In this document: in pieces, positions 41,887 through 52,025 of the stretch | How the letters are laid out: the number at the start of each line of letters is the position of its first letter | How positions within the stretch are numbered: the first letter of the stretch is position 1 | Assembly (NCBI GenBank): GCA_963771075.1 | Contig: CAVYSE010000025.1 | Location: forward strand, 64,001-128,000 | Reading direction: 5' to 3' | Length of the DNA: 64,000 bases | From: a candidate division FCPU426 bacterium | Lineage (GTDB): Bacteria; Oederibacteriota; Muellerivitia; Muellerivitales; Muellerivitaceae | Program-made: the position numbers and the translations under genes | Notes under the pieces: model-generated | The model's database searches: none | The model's input: the letters and a program-made list of their open reading frames with translations, nothing else | What the model was told of the DNA's origin: nothing

Positions 41887-43236
41887 TTAAACCGGCGACA
41901 GGGTAGCAGATACCTTACGGAGTAGGAAGAAATTCAAAATCCTCAGCATCCCCAACAGTACCAGCAAAGCTACTGGCGACACGTGGCCGTAGAGGAAGGC
42001 CCCAAGGAACCCGAAAGCCGCGTTGCTCAGCTTGATCAGGGAATAGGTGGCCGCCACCACCTTGGCCCTTTCCTTTTCTTCGATGATGTTCATCCACACC
42101 GCGGCAGTGACCGTGTTGTACATGGCCCCCGCCACGGCCCCCAGGCCCGCGCTGGCCAGGGCGAAAAGAAGCACGTTTTCTGAACCTCGAGAGACCAGGA
42201 GCAATACCCCAACCGAGCAAAGCCAGAATAATTGGTCAAAGCCCAACAACCCGACCACTTTTTGTTCGTTCAAATTGGGAATGACGATGAACAGGAACAA
42301 GCTCGCTACATAGGCCGAGACCAGGGGCAACACCGAAAGATAAGAATCCTTCAACCCCAGGTAGTTCACAATATAAAGGGAGGAATAAACTCCCCAAACT
42401 GCGATGATTCCTTCATCGATGAACTTCGAGAAAAGAAATACCTTCGAACCCTTTTGTTGAAAATACACCTTCATGGATTTCCGATATTGATACCAGGCCC
42501 CTTGGAGGGCGGAGCCCCAGGTGTCGGCTTTCTTCTCGAATATGAGCGAAGGCGGTAGGTACTTCCACCTTAGGAAAATCCCCACCGCGATCATGAAGGT
42601 CATGAACCAGTACATCTCGTGGTTGGCTTGCAGAAAGCCCCTTTTGGATATCCAGACCCCGCCAATGAGGGAAAGGAACATTAGTGACGGCATCATATTG
42701 ACCAGTTGAAGAACGGTGATGACCGACGCCTTTTTGGAATTCTCAACATTTTCAACGACGAGGGACTGGTAAGGTGGGGTTGAGCCGGCGTTGGTGGCGA
42801 GAAAACAAATGGCCGCCAGGCACCACCATTTGCTATCCGCCAGCGCCAGTGAAAAACAATAACCGCCCCAACTCAATATATCGAAAAAGATCAGGGTCTT
42901 CTTGCGTCCCCACACATCAGAAAGATAACCCCCCAGAAAGTAACCAACAGGGCTTATCACTGGCAGAAGGGTCTGGTATATCCCGATCTCGGTGTTGGAC
43001 AATCCCAACTTTACCATATAGAGGCTGGTGTATTGGGAGAGCATGACGATGGGGATGACCCACAGTACCCCGGCATAAATGGTGACGGCCTGCACGGGTG
43101 CCAGGTCCGCGAACATTTGCCCAACTTTCTGGCCCTGCCGCCCCAAGAGGTCGATGGGTTTTTTGAGGAGCAGTTCGTAACCTTCTTCGCCTGCGTCAAG
43201 AAGCGAAGTCAGGAATGAGATGAACGGCTGGAACAT
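41887..43236 (-). CDS. MFS transporter
   Basis: GGYLSDVWGRK motif A; about 12 TM. Confidence 0.88.
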   Translation of the reverse strand: MFQPFISFLTSLLDAGEEGYELLLKKPIDLLGRQGQKVGQMFADLAPVQAVTIYAGVLWVIPIVMLSQYTSLYMVKLGLSNTEIGIYQTLLPVISPVGYFLGGYLSDVWGRKKTLIFFDILSWGGYCFSLALADSKWWCLAAICFLATNAGSTPPYQSLVVENVENSKKASVITVLQLVNMMPSLMFLSLIGGVWISKRGFLQANHEMYWFMTFMIAVGIFLRWKYLPPSLIFEKKADTWGSALQGAWYQYRKSMKVYFQQKGSKVFLFSKFIDEGIIAVWGVYSSLYIVNYLGLKDSYLSVLPLVSAYVASLFLFIVIPNLNEQKVVGLLGFDQLFWLCSVGVLLLVSRGSENVLLFALASAGLGAVAGAMYNTVTAAVWMNIIEEKERAKVVAATYSLIKLSNAAFGFLGAFLYGHVSPVALLVLLGMLRILNFFLLRKVSATLSPV

Positions 43237-43362
43237 GGAAGTCCTAGGGTCGAAATGAAAGGGAGCATTTTAACAGGTCGGGAAAAAACACAAGCCGGCA
43301 ATTGGGTCAGGAAAAGGCGGGGAAAACGCTTTTATCGATTCGCGAAGAGAAACAAACCCGTT

Positions 43363-44175
43363 CTATTTCGTGTCCTTGGGGGTAATGGTCAGCTTGTAAT
43401 TCCCCGGCTTACCGAACATGCCATAAACCACGGCATAAAAGACTTGGCCGGGCGAGGAAGTCTCCACCGCCTGGATCGGATCATTGTCGTAGGAAATGGC
43501 GACTAACTCGAATAATTCGTTGTAAACCTCCAGACGGTAGTTGTCCTGTTCATAGATGGGGTTCGGCTTCCCGATAATGCCGGAGTAACAATCCAGCACG
43601 ACCATGAAAGCGGTGGTGGAAGAAAACGAATAGACCCCCACGTCCAGGTCGGTGGTTGCGGTTTTGGGGTCGATCTTGTAAGCCTGAACTTGGGCCGGGT
43701 CCGTGACATTGGCCAACTGCCTCAGGCTGCCTTGCACCTGGAGGCCTGGGGATTCCAACGCGCCCAGGTTCTGGGCGGTGGCGAAGGTGTTGTTGGTCCC
43801 CGATTCCGCCACGACCGTTGAAAGGGATGGGGCGTTGCAAATGGGCTTGGCCTCGGGAGCAACGGGCGGGGGAGGGGGGGCGGGTTTCTTTGGCGGCGGG
43901 GCCGTGACATGTTTTTTGGCCGTTTTCTTTTTCTTATGAACAGGCGCGGGTGTCGGGGTGGGGATCGGGGTCGGGGTAGAAGTGAATGTGGGCGTGGAGG
44001 TTGGGGTGATAGAAGGGGTTAGGGTCGGCGTGACGGTTTCTGTCGGGGTAAAAGTTGTGGTTGGTGTAAAGGTGGGGGTCGCGAACCACAGGATTGGATT
44101 GGGACCCTTCTCCCCCGCCATGTAAACGGCGGCCAGCACGATAAGCAGAAAGAGGATAAATAAGAATTTCTTCAC
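43363..44175 (-). CDS. Membrane-anchored protein with Thr/Pro linker and C-terminal beta domain
   Basis: N-terminal TM, (TP)n tract, Lys/Pro tract, E..TNNTF.TA, G.Y.LTI. Confidence 0.7.
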   Translation of the reverse strand: MKKFLFILFLLIVLAAVYMAGEKGPNPILWFATPTFTPTTTFTPTETVTPTLTPSITPTSTPTFTSTPTPIPTPTPAPVHKKKKTAKKHVTAPPPKKPAPPPPPVAPEAKPICNAPSLSTVVAESGTNNTFATAQNLGALESPGLQVQGSLRQLANVTDPAQVQAYKIDPKTATTDLDVGVYSFSSTTAFMVVLDCYSGIIGKPNPIYEQDNYRLEVYNELFELVAISYDNDPIQAVETSSPGQVFYAVVYGMFGKPGNYKLTITPKDTK

Positions 44176-44272
44176 ATCCGCTCCCCGGCTTGATTTAACC
44201 TTCGTCATTATAGCCAATGGGACGGATCGAATAGAAATTAAGCCTGTTCATACGTCAAAGAGGCTCAAAATC

Positions 44273-44305
44273 AAAAAAGCCCCAAGGTTTTATGCCCTGG
44301 GGCTT
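44273..44305 (-). terminator. Intrinsic terminator
   Basis: AAGCCCCA...TGGGGCTT with T-run on minus strand. Confidence 0.7.
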
Positions 44306-44344
44306 GGGGAAATGTTTCGGATTAAGAATCTAACAAAACACAAT

Positions 44345-44455
44345 ATTTACCACAGAGACACGGAGAAAACCCGGACAATTGGTTTAATATTCCTTGAATT
44401 TAGAAAGATTTTTCTCTATGCCTCTGTGGCCGCCAAAGGCGGCCTGTGGTGAAAT
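44345..44455. repeat. Octamer-arm intergenic palindromic element with inserted GC hairpin
   Basis: ACCACAGAGACACGGAGA ... TCTCTATGCCTCTGTGG [GGCCGCC AAA GGCGGCC] CTGTGGTGAAAT. Confidence 0.75.
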
Positions 44456-44482
44456 TAGGTGTTGTTATAGTCTCTAAAAAGT

Positions 44483-44857
44483 TTATTTAGCGCCGCTATC
44501 GGACAATTCGAGGTAGTTGATCCCCTTTGTTTTGACGATGGTTCCCGTCAATTCCACTGTTTGTCCCGCTTTATCCTTGATCACATCCCGGGCGGATGTG
44601 AAATCGGAATTGACCACACAATAAAGATTGCCCTTTGGATCCATGGCGCCAAGATCCATTCCTTTTGTGGCGCAGCTCATGGCACATGCTGCATGTTTTT
44701 CCCCATGGCCGCCTCCGTCTCCCATGGCCGCGTGTTTGGCCATGCATTTCAGGCAGACAATCTCATACTTCTGGGTAACGCTTTTACCATCCGCAAAAGC
44801 GTTCCCGCCCAACGAAAACACAAAAATGAACAACGAAATTGCAAAAACTGTTTTCAT
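44483..44857 (-). CDS. Small secreted Cys/His protein
   Basis: Signal peptide (AFA), CLKC...HAACAMSC..G, V..TG. Confidence 0.7.
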   Translation of the reverse strand: MKTVFAISLFIFVFSLGGNAFADGKSVTQKYEIVCLKCMAKHAAMGDGGGHGEKHAACAMSCATKGMDLGAMDPKGNLYCVVNSDFTSARDVIKDKAGQTVELTGTIVKTKGINYLELSDSGAK

Positions 44858-45226
44858 GGCTTTCTCCCCCTTTTTGAATGGCTGAAAGCATTTATCTTTA
44901 CATACCCTTGGGCCAGAAAGAAAGGTTACCTTGCTTCAAAATAAAAAGTGTGAGTTACACCTTTTTTTGTCCTTTTTAAACCTTTCATTGATCCTATCAA
45001 GAAGACCCTTGTACTCTGGCCCTGATTTTTTAACAAAAATATCCCTCCCCTCTCGCAAGGGCCGCAGCCAGCCATGGACTAGGCATCACGAAAAGAATCG
45101 AGCGCCGATTCCGGGCATAAATCCGTCAAGCGAGAAGAGATACCCTCCTTTGATTCTTTAATTCCCTTATATTCAACTGGAATTCGTTGATAATAGTTTT
45201 AAAGCCGTATCTAGAAATGGGGCGGT

Positions 45227-46561
45227 ATGGTCCAAATCTACCCGTTGATCCTATTGGCGCTGGTGGGCCTTCCAAGCCATCTTTTGGCGGGTATATCCAC
45301 ATCCCCGAGCCCTACCCAATCCGCTACCGGAACGGCCCTTTTAACGCCTTTGGCAACTCTTACTCCCACCTTGAGCGCGACCCCGACCCACACCCTGACC
45401 CCCGGGTCCCCCACCCTGACCTTTACACCGACTCTTACGGCTACTCCAACCGCGACCTATACGCCCTGTGTGAACTCCCAAGGAACCCCCTGCCCCCCGA
45501 CCTCCACTTCAACAACCAGCCCAACCCCGACCGATACCCCCCTCCACGGGAAGAGCCGGGGGTTATTCAGCCTTCCAGCCGCCGCGATACCCGGAAAAGT
45601 AAAAATCATCGAACCCACCTTTCGCATGCCCTATAGTTTGTGCATCGATTCCTACGGGAATATCGACGTCGCGGATACTCTCCACTGCAAGATCAAGCAA
45701 ATCGCGCCAGATGGCTCCGTGACCACCTTGGGCGGCTCCAAAGGGAGCGACGCCGTCGACGGTAATGGGACGAACGCCACCTTGAACCTGCCCTCGGGTA
45801 TCGCCGTTGACCCCAAAGGCAATATCTATATCGCGGATTCGGGCTTCAACCTGATCCGCAAAATGAACCGGGCCAACGACATCACCACCCTGGCGGGACA
45901 GGCGGGGGTTACCGGCAACCTCAACAACCACGGGAAAGACGCTTCGTTCAATGATCCTTCGGGCGTGGCGGTCGACTCTGCCCTCAACGTGTACGTGGCG
46001 GACACGACCAATAATCTCATCCGTAAAATCAACGCCAAGGGCGATGTGACTACCTTGGCCGGGTCTGGGGCCGTAGGCAACGCGGACGGCACGGGAACCA
46101 CCGCCTCCTTCAACCATCCCTTGGATCTCGCGGCGGATGCTTCCGGCAACGTTTACGTGGCGGATACAGCCAATAACTTGATCCGGAAAATCACCCCCCA
46201 GGGAGTGGTCACCACCCTGGCGGGCGGGGGAAAGGGCGGTGCCATCAACGGCACGGGAACCGCGGCCTCCTTTGACTGGCCAACGGGGATCGCCCTGGAC
46301 GCCTCGGGCAATATTTACGTGGCCGATTCAGGCAATTCACAAATTCGAAAAATAACTCCCGAAGGCGTGGTTTCCACGGTCACCGGGCCCAGGATGACGG
46401 GCGTGGATATGGGAATGGCCTTCCCATCTTCATCGGATGTAACTGCGTCGGCGGCCGTTACCACGTCGCAGTTTTTACCCTATGGGGTCGCGTTGGACTC
46501 GAATGGAAAAATATACGCCCTCGACCCTTTCAAGGGTTTGGTTCGCAAAATACAGCCTTAG
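45227..46561 (+). CDS. Secreted NHL-repeat beta-propeller with Thr/Pro linker
   Basis: Repeated F..P.G.A.D..GN.YVAD..N..IRKI...G.VTTLAG. Confidence 0.9.
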   Translation: MVQIYPLILLALVGLPSHLLAGISTSPSPTQSATGTALLTPLATLTPTLSATPTHTLTPGSPTLTFTPTLTATPTATYTPCVNSQGTPCPPTSTSTTSPTPTDTPLHGKSRGLFSLPAAAIPGKVKIIEPTFRMPYSLCIDSYGNIDVADTLHCKIKQIAPDGSVTTLGGSKGSDAVDGNGTNATLNLPSGIAVDPKGNIYIADSGFNLIRKMNRANDITTLAGQAGVTGNLNNHGKDASFNDPSGVAVDSALNVYVADTTNNLIRKINAKGDVTTLAGSGAVGNADGTGTTASFNHPLDLAADASGNVYVADTANNLIRKITPQGVVTTLAGGGKGGAINGTGTAASFDWPTGIALDASGNIYVADSGNSQIRKITPEGVVSTVTGPRMTGVDMGMAFPSSSDVTASAAVTTSQFLPYGVALDSNGKIYALDPFKGLVRKIQP

Positions 46562-46570
46562 AAATCTCCA

Positions 46571-47140
46571 ATGGAAATCAGCCGCGCCTACCGCTTTTTA
46601 AAGATCTTTGTCCTCTTCATCGCGGCCCTCATCGCGGAATACATCTTTTGCGGTTTTTCCTTCCGCATGGTCCGCCACCGGGATCTTATCGGTTTGGATA
46701 TTGCCAGTGCCCTTTCTTCCTTTGGCCTCGGCTACTGGTTTTTCAAGGATACTATCCGGGCCGCGCTGAAAGAAAAAGTTCCCCCTCCCCTCGTGGCGGC
46801 CTGCTTTTTGGCCTTTTGGGTTTTATTGGGATGTTTTCTCCGCATGAGCGCCCAATTAGCCAACGGGCTTTTGGACTTTTCCGACCCCCAAACCCGGTTG
46901 GTGGTCGTGACCGATAAGAAGATCTCCTCCTTCGGCGGAAGTTTAAAGGAAGGTCCCAACCCCATGGCTCACCTGGTTTATTTTTCCGACTGGGAAAACG
47001 CGGATCAAACCTGCGAGGTGTTGGCCCCGCCCGCGCTTTATTATTCCCTCGACCCCGGGATCCCCATGCTGATCACCCTGCGGACGGGTTTGTTCCATTG
47101 GGCCTGGGCCGAGGACTTACAGCTGTTAAAAGTAAGGTGA
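46571..47140 (+). CDS. Hypothetical membrane protein
   Basis: 3 TM then soluble C-terminal part. Confidence 0.65.
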   Translation: MEISRAYRFLKIFVLFIAALIAEYIFCGFSFRMVRHRDLIGLDIASALSSFGLGYWFFKDTIRAALKEKVPPPLVAACFLAFWVLLGCFLRMSAQLANGLLDFSDPQTRLVVVTDKKISSFGGSLKEGPNPMAHLVYFSDWENADQTCEVLAPPALYYSLDPGIPMLITLRTGLFHWAWAEDLQLLKVR

Positions 47141-47230
47141 CTGAGGAATTACTCCCCCGAAAGTCCATCCCCACCCCGGCAAAAACACAAGCCAAGGTCC
47201 TCTTCATGTCGATTTGTCCCCTTGCATATT

Positions 47231-47259
47231 ATGGACAGGTCCATTATGGATATATCCAT
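47231..47259. promoter_or_regulatory. Tandem palindromic operator, probably for MarR
   Basis: ATGGACAGGTCCAT (47231-47244) and ATGGATATATCCAT (47246-47259) at the marR start. Confidence 0.72.
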
Positions 47260-47746
47260 GAAATCGAGCCCCATGGACCCAAGGACCGATCTGCAAATTC
47301 TGGAGGATTTCGGCCGCTTCCGCCGCTCCTTGAACCTACACTTCGGGAACGGTCTGCGGGCCTTGGGACTGGGCACCAAACAAGCTTCTTTATTGTGGCA
47401 TTTATCCAGAAGGAGCAAGGCTTCCCCGGCGGACCTTTCCCGGGACACCCTGACCGACCCGGCGGCCATGACCAAGCTTGTGAACCTCCTCATCCGGGAG
47501 TCCCTTTTGCGACATGAGAAACATCCCACTGATAAGAGGCGATGGGAATTGAGCTTGACCCCCCAGGGGCAAAGGCTGGCCGTGAAGGTCGAGACCCTCT
47601 ATGCCCGGTTATCGGAAGAGGCCTTGAAATCCCTCAACACCTCTGAAAAGTCGGATTTTTCGAGGACGCTTCAGAAATTATCAGGACACCTCGCGAGGGA
47701 AAAAAACACGCCGCGCTTCCCAAATCATAAAAAAAACAAGGAGTAA
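47258..47746 (+). CDS. MarR family regulator
   Basis: L...Q..LL, DP..MT..V..L, D.R...L.LT..G; start uncertain (47258 or 47273). Confidence 0.88.
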   Translation: MKSSPMDPRTDLQILEDFGRFRRSLNLHFGNGLRALGLGTKQASLLWHLSRRSKASPADLSRDTLTDPAAMTKLVNLLIRESLLRHEKHPTDKRRWELSLTPQGQRLAVKVETLYARLSEEALKSLNTSEKSDFSRTLQKLSGHLAREKNTPRFPNHKKNKE

Positions 47747-47749
47747 GAA

Positions 47750-48610
47750 ATGACTTCCCATCCGGCCCGCAAAATCGATGATTCTTCCCAAACGAAAACC
47801 CAGCCCTGGTGGAAATCAACATTGGCTAAAAATGTGGGGCGCGCCTTATGCGCCACAGTTCTCCTCGGCTTGGTCGTTTGGTTTTTCGCGTTCCGCCCCT
47901 ATGTTTCCACCGACGATGCCCGGGTCGCGGAGGACCTGATCCGCGTCGCACCGGACGGGGTAAGCGGCACCCTCCTCAAGGTCAACGTGGCGGAAGGCGA
48001 CCGGGTCACCCAGGGTCAGGTCCTCGCTGAACTGGAGCATACGGTGTATCAATCCCAATTATTGAAAGCCCAGACCCGCGCCAACCTGGCCCAGGCTGAT
48101 TTCAGCCGGGCAGAGCGACTTTATAAACAGGGCGGGATTTCGGCCCGGGATTATCAAACCGCCCAATCCACTGGCCAAGCGGCCCTGGCGGACCTGCAAT
48201 TGGCCCAAAACGCCCTGGACCACACTTATTTGAAGAGCCCCGTGGACGGCGTCGTGGTGGAAAAGATCGGGGTGGTGGGCAACCTCTTGGAATCGGGCCA
48301 AGTGGCCTTGGTCGTCGCTGACGTGGACCACGCTTGGGTAGCGGCCAATATCCAGGAAACCAATGTGGGCGACGTAAAGCCCAACCAGGCCGTGAAGATC
48401 CACGTGGATGAGGGCGGTGACCTGACGGGCCACGTGATGGAAATCACCACCGCCACGGCCTCCCAATTCGCCCTGCTTCCCGCCGAGAACGCCTCGGGAA
48501 ATTTCATCAAGCTCGTCCAACGCATTCCCGTGAAGATCGCCCTGGATGCCCACCCGGATAAGGTCTTGAGGGCTGGCCAATCGGTAGAGATCCGGATCAA
48601 GGTGAAATGA
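47750..48610 (+). CDS. EmrA/HlyD family membrane fusion protein
   Basis: STDDA, SPVDG, FALLPAENASGNFIKLVQRIPVKI. Confidence 0.92.
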   Translation: MTSHPARKIDDSSQTKTQPWWKSTLAKNVGRALCATVLLGLVVWFFAFRPYVSTDDARVAEDLIRVAPDGVSGTLLKVNVAEGDRVTQGQVLAELEHTVYQSQLLKAQTRANLAQADFSRAERLYKQGGISARDYQTAQSTGQAALADLQLAQNALDHTYLKSPVDGVVVEKIGVVGNLLESGQVALVVADVDHAWVAANIQETNVGDVKPNQAVKIHVDEGGDLTGHVMEITTATASQFALLPAENASGNFIKLVQRIPVKIALDAHPDKVLRAGQSVEIRIKVK

Positions 48611-50188
48611 CCTACAACAGCCCAGGCGTCTCGGGCACCGCCTACAAATGGGAAGTGCTGGGAGTGGTCATGATCGGCACCCTCATGGCCTCGCTGGACC
48701 AAAGCATCGTCAATGTTTCCCTTCCCGACATCATGGCCGACTTCGGCTCTCCCGTGAACGACATCGAGTGGGTCATTACGGGTTACATGCTGGCCTTCGC
48801 CACCCTCATGCCCCTCACCGCCTGGTTGAGGGAGCATATCGGCTACAAGCAGCTTTTCGTGATCAGCCTTTTCGTGTTCACCCTGGGGTCCCTGCTTTGC
48901 GCCATGGCCTGGAACCTGCCCTCCCTGGTGACGGCCCGCGTGATCCAGGCCCTGGGAGGGGGGGCCATCACCCCCACCGGCATGGCCATGATCTCCGAGG
49001 TTTTCGAACCCCACGAAAGGGGCAAGGCCATCGGTTATTGGGGGGTGGGGGTGATCGTGGGGCCCTCCTTCGGGCCCGACCCTGGGCGGCTACCTGACCA
49101 ATATTTTCGGGTGGCGGTCCATTTTCACCGTGAACCTGCCAGTGGGTATCGTGGCCATCCTTCTGGCCCTCGCGCTTTTAAGGGAGGACAAACCTTCCGA
49201 GCATAGCCATAAGCATCCCTTCGACTTCTCGGGGTTTGTTTTTCTTTCCACCTTCCTGGTTTCCTTCCTTCTGGCCTTGAGCCAAGGGGAGGAAAAGGGC
49301 TGGTCTTCCCCCTATATTTACACTTGCTGGGCCTTAAGCCTCATCGGTTTCGTGGGTTTCACGGTGGTGGAAAGCCTGACTCCCCACGGCATTCTGGACA
49401 TCCGGCTTTTGAAATCGCCGATATATACCGCCTGCATGCTGGTCATTTCGGCCCGGTCGCTGGCGCTTTTCGGGGGCGTGTTTTTGTTCCCCCTCTTTCT
49501 TCAGCAGATCATGGGGTTCGATGAGATCGACAGCGGCTTGATCCTGCTTCCCGGCTCCCTGGTGATCGCCCTGGTGATGCCCTTCGCGGGAAAACTGAGC
49601 GACAAGATCGGCCCCCTTTGGCCCTCCTTGGTGGGCCTGATCGGCATCGCCTTTTTCATGTATACCTACCGCACCCTGGACATCAACACGAGCGTCTGGG
49701 ACGTGATCGAACCCACCCTCATCCGGGGGGTCGCCATCGCCCTCCTGATCACCCCGGTCATGGTGACCGCCTTGAATAGCGTTCCCAAGCAACAGACCGG
49801 AATGGCTTCCGCCATGATGAACCTGACCCAACAAGTATCGGGTTCCGTAGGGATCGGTTTTTTGGGGGCCGTTTTGAACCACCGCATGGTTTACCACCAG
49901 GGTTTGGCGGCTTCTACTTGGAGCGCCCTAACCCCCGCTTCCCGGATGGCCTTAGGACGGGCGGCGGGCAGGCTCCACGCCCTGGGTCTTTCCCATGCCG
50001 ATTCCATGCGGGGAGCCGGGGCCGTGGTGGCCGGCCATATCTTCAAGATGACGGCCGTGGCCGCTTTTGAGGACGCCTTCTTGATCGGAGCCGTCATCGT
50101 CATGCTGGCCCTGATCCCGGCTTTTTTCCTGCCGACCCATACGGTGCTCAAGCCCGGCAAACCTGAATCCATCGCCGCGTTGGATTAA
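48607..50188 (+). CDS. DHA2/EmrB family MFS efflux permease; apparent +1 frameshift near 49075
   Basis: LDQSIVNVSLP, WVITGY.L, RVIQALGGG, GP..GP(TLGG), NLPVG; two ORFs join. Confidence 0.9.
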
Positions 50189-50398
50189 GGCCTCTTGATA
50201 CTTTAAAAAAATCCATCAGGTCTTACTTGCCAAGGAATACCATCGGTTAGAACCGACTGAAACCCTTGTAAATAAAAAGCGCACAGCCTCTTTAGAAGCC
50301 GGGCGTACACGATGGCGGCCTTTCATGGATTCACTTCGAACTTATTTGGTGGATAGATGGGCAAGCCAATTTCACATTTAAAGATTAATAAGGAAAAA

Positions 50399-50423
50399 TG
50401 GCTGGGGCGGTGAATATCGAACC
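50399..50423 (-). repeat. Degenerate direct repeat of tRNA-Gln 3' end
   Basis: TGGCTGGGGCGGT 13/13, then TCGAACC (20/25 overall) versus 50568-50592. Confidence 0.85.
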
Positions 50424-50528
50424 AACTCCGTTCGTAGGGGAAATCCCCCCTACGTTACCCCCTATGAAAGTCATGGGGACCAGCTGTTCCCCATACCCTT
50501 CACGGTTCGAATCCCTCCTTCTTCAAAC

Positions 50529-50568
50529 AAATAAGCCCTCTCTTCCAATGGAAAGAGAGGGCTTATTT
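50529..50568 (-). terminator. Terminator-like hairpin abutting tRNA CCA end
   Basis: AAATAAGCCCTCTCTT...AAGAGAGGGCTTATTT. Confidence 0.8.
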
Positions 50569-50642
50569 GGCTGGGGCGGTAGGATTCGAACCTACGAATG
50601 CCAGATCCAAAATCTGGTGACTTACCGCTTGTCGACGCCCCA
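50568..50642 (-). tRNA. tRNA-Gln (TTG)
   Basis: Acceptor TGGGGCG/CGCCCCA, anticodon arm CCAGA-TTTTGGA-TCTGG, GGTTCGAATCC, encoded CCA. Confidence 0.96.
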
Positions 50643-50773
50643 ATCAGCTTTGAAAAGTGCTATTCCCCATAAAAAAGCAGGGGGCTTAATTTAATTCGGG
50701 ACTGATCCTTAATCAAGCTACAAATGAGTTGTGAACATTGAGATCGGTTAAAAAAGCGTGTTAATCTCCCCCC

Positions 50774-50971
50774 ATGGCACCTCTCCCCGAATCCCAGCCC
50801 AACATTACTCCTTTGCCTTCATTATTTGACTTGGGTGGTCCTAAAAAAACAACCAAGGATACCGAGGAAGCCCTTTTTTATACCTGTCCCCAATGCGGCC
50901 ATCCCATGGTTTCGAAGAAATGCAAGATCGTCTGTTACACTTGCCATTACTTCATTGGTTGTGTTGAGTAA
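50774..50971 (+). CDS. Small zinc-finger peptide
   Basis: CPQCG...KCKIVCYTCHY...C.E. Confidence 0.65.
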   Translation: MAPLPESQPNITPLPSLFDLGGPKKTTKDTEEALFYTCPQCGHPMVSKKCKIVCYTCHYFIGCVE

Positions 50972-52025
50972 CTGCCGCTGGAGCTTTAAGAAACCCGGGC
51001 GTTTGAACGGCCTTGTTAAGTTCTTTCGAGGGGGAAATCGCCCAAGCCGAATCGACCCTTTTGGGGAACCCTTCCCGGACATCCGTCAAGAAATCCAAAA
51101 CTGATTTCTCATAGATCACGGGGTATTGGGTGTAGGTTTGCTCATGCCCCGCTTCCGGAATGAAAACTAGCCTCCGGTGGGGTGCGGGACATTGATCGAA
51201 AAGTTTTTGGACTTCCCCGCTCTTGACCAGGTCATCTTTTTCACCCGAGAAAAAGAGAACGGGAATGGCCTGGATATGGCGAACGACCGGCATAAGGTCC
51301 AGATCCGTTTCTCCCAGGTGCAAACCGGTAACCGAATCGTAAGCTTGAATGCACCTGGAAATAAGACCCGGCAGAAAAGCGAAGGGCGCTGCTAGGGTTC
51401 GTCCGGAAATGTAGGACTTCACGTTGGGCATGGGGCTGTCCGCGATCACTGCGTCCACCGGGGTATCGGCCCCGGCCCGCAGGGCGCAGATGGCGCCCAG
51501 GGAAAAACCAAAAAACACCAAGGGCGGTTGTATCCATTTTTTTTGTCTCAAGAAATCCGCGGCTGCCCGAAAGTCTCCCGATTCCAATAGTCCCCCCGAG
51601 AGGGGGGCGGGACCGCTTTCCCCATGGCCCCTCAAGTCCATGGCCAGCACCTGGTAACCGGCTTCCTGTAAAAAGACCGCCCGGGTCAGGATTTGGTCCC
51701 GGTTATGAAAAACGCCGTGAGTGAGGATTACCGTCCCCAGGGGTCGCCGGATGGAGGCCGGAATCCACCAACCCTTCAGGTTGATACCATCCGTAGTTTT
51801 GAATTCCACATCTTGGTACTTCAAGCCAAATTGACCCGGGTTTTTCACCGGAACATTTTGCTGTAAGGCGGCTTGTACCAAGCCCCGCGCCACCTGGTCG
51901 GGTATGACCCCATAAATAAAGAACAAGGCGGTCGCCAACAATAGAACCATGGCGGTCCAGAGGACTTTGTGCCAAGTAGAAGGAAAGGCCTTTGTTTTTA
52001 ATTTTATACTTTTAGATGGGTTCAT
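50952..52025 (-). CDS. Membrane-anchored alpha/beta hydrolase
   Basis: HG, DLRGHGES, GFSLG, G..D, AGH. Confidence 0.88.
   Translation of the reverse strand: MNPSKSIKLKTKAFPSTWHKVLWTAMVLLLATALFFIYGVIPDQVARGLVQAALQQNVPVKNPGQFGLKYQDVEFKTTDGINLKGWWIPASIRRPLGTVILTHGVFHNRDQILTRAVFLQEAGYQVLAMDLRGHGESGPAPLSGGLLESGDFRAAADFLRQKKWIQPPLVFFGFSLGAICALRAGADTPVDAVIADSPMPNVKSYISGRTLAAPFAFLPGLISRCIQAYDSVTGLHLGETDLDLMPVVRHIQAIPVLFFSGEKDDLVKSGEVQKLFDQCPAPHRRLVFIPEAGHEQTYTQYPVIYEKSVLDFLTDVREGFPKRVDSAWAISPSKELNKAVQTPGFLKAPAAVTQHNQ

Noticed and set aside
43960..44080. Short tandem repeats as a CRISPR or VNTR array
   Set aside because: They encode Thr-Pro linkers; no repeat-spacer periodicity or cas genes in the window
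44483..44857. c-type cytochrome
   Set aside because: CxxC motifs are not followed by His (CLKCM, CAMSC)
45000..45220. Possible riboswitch or ncRNA in the divergent gap before the NHL gene
   Set aside because: Only short, unconvincing complementarity; no recognisable aptamer or terminator
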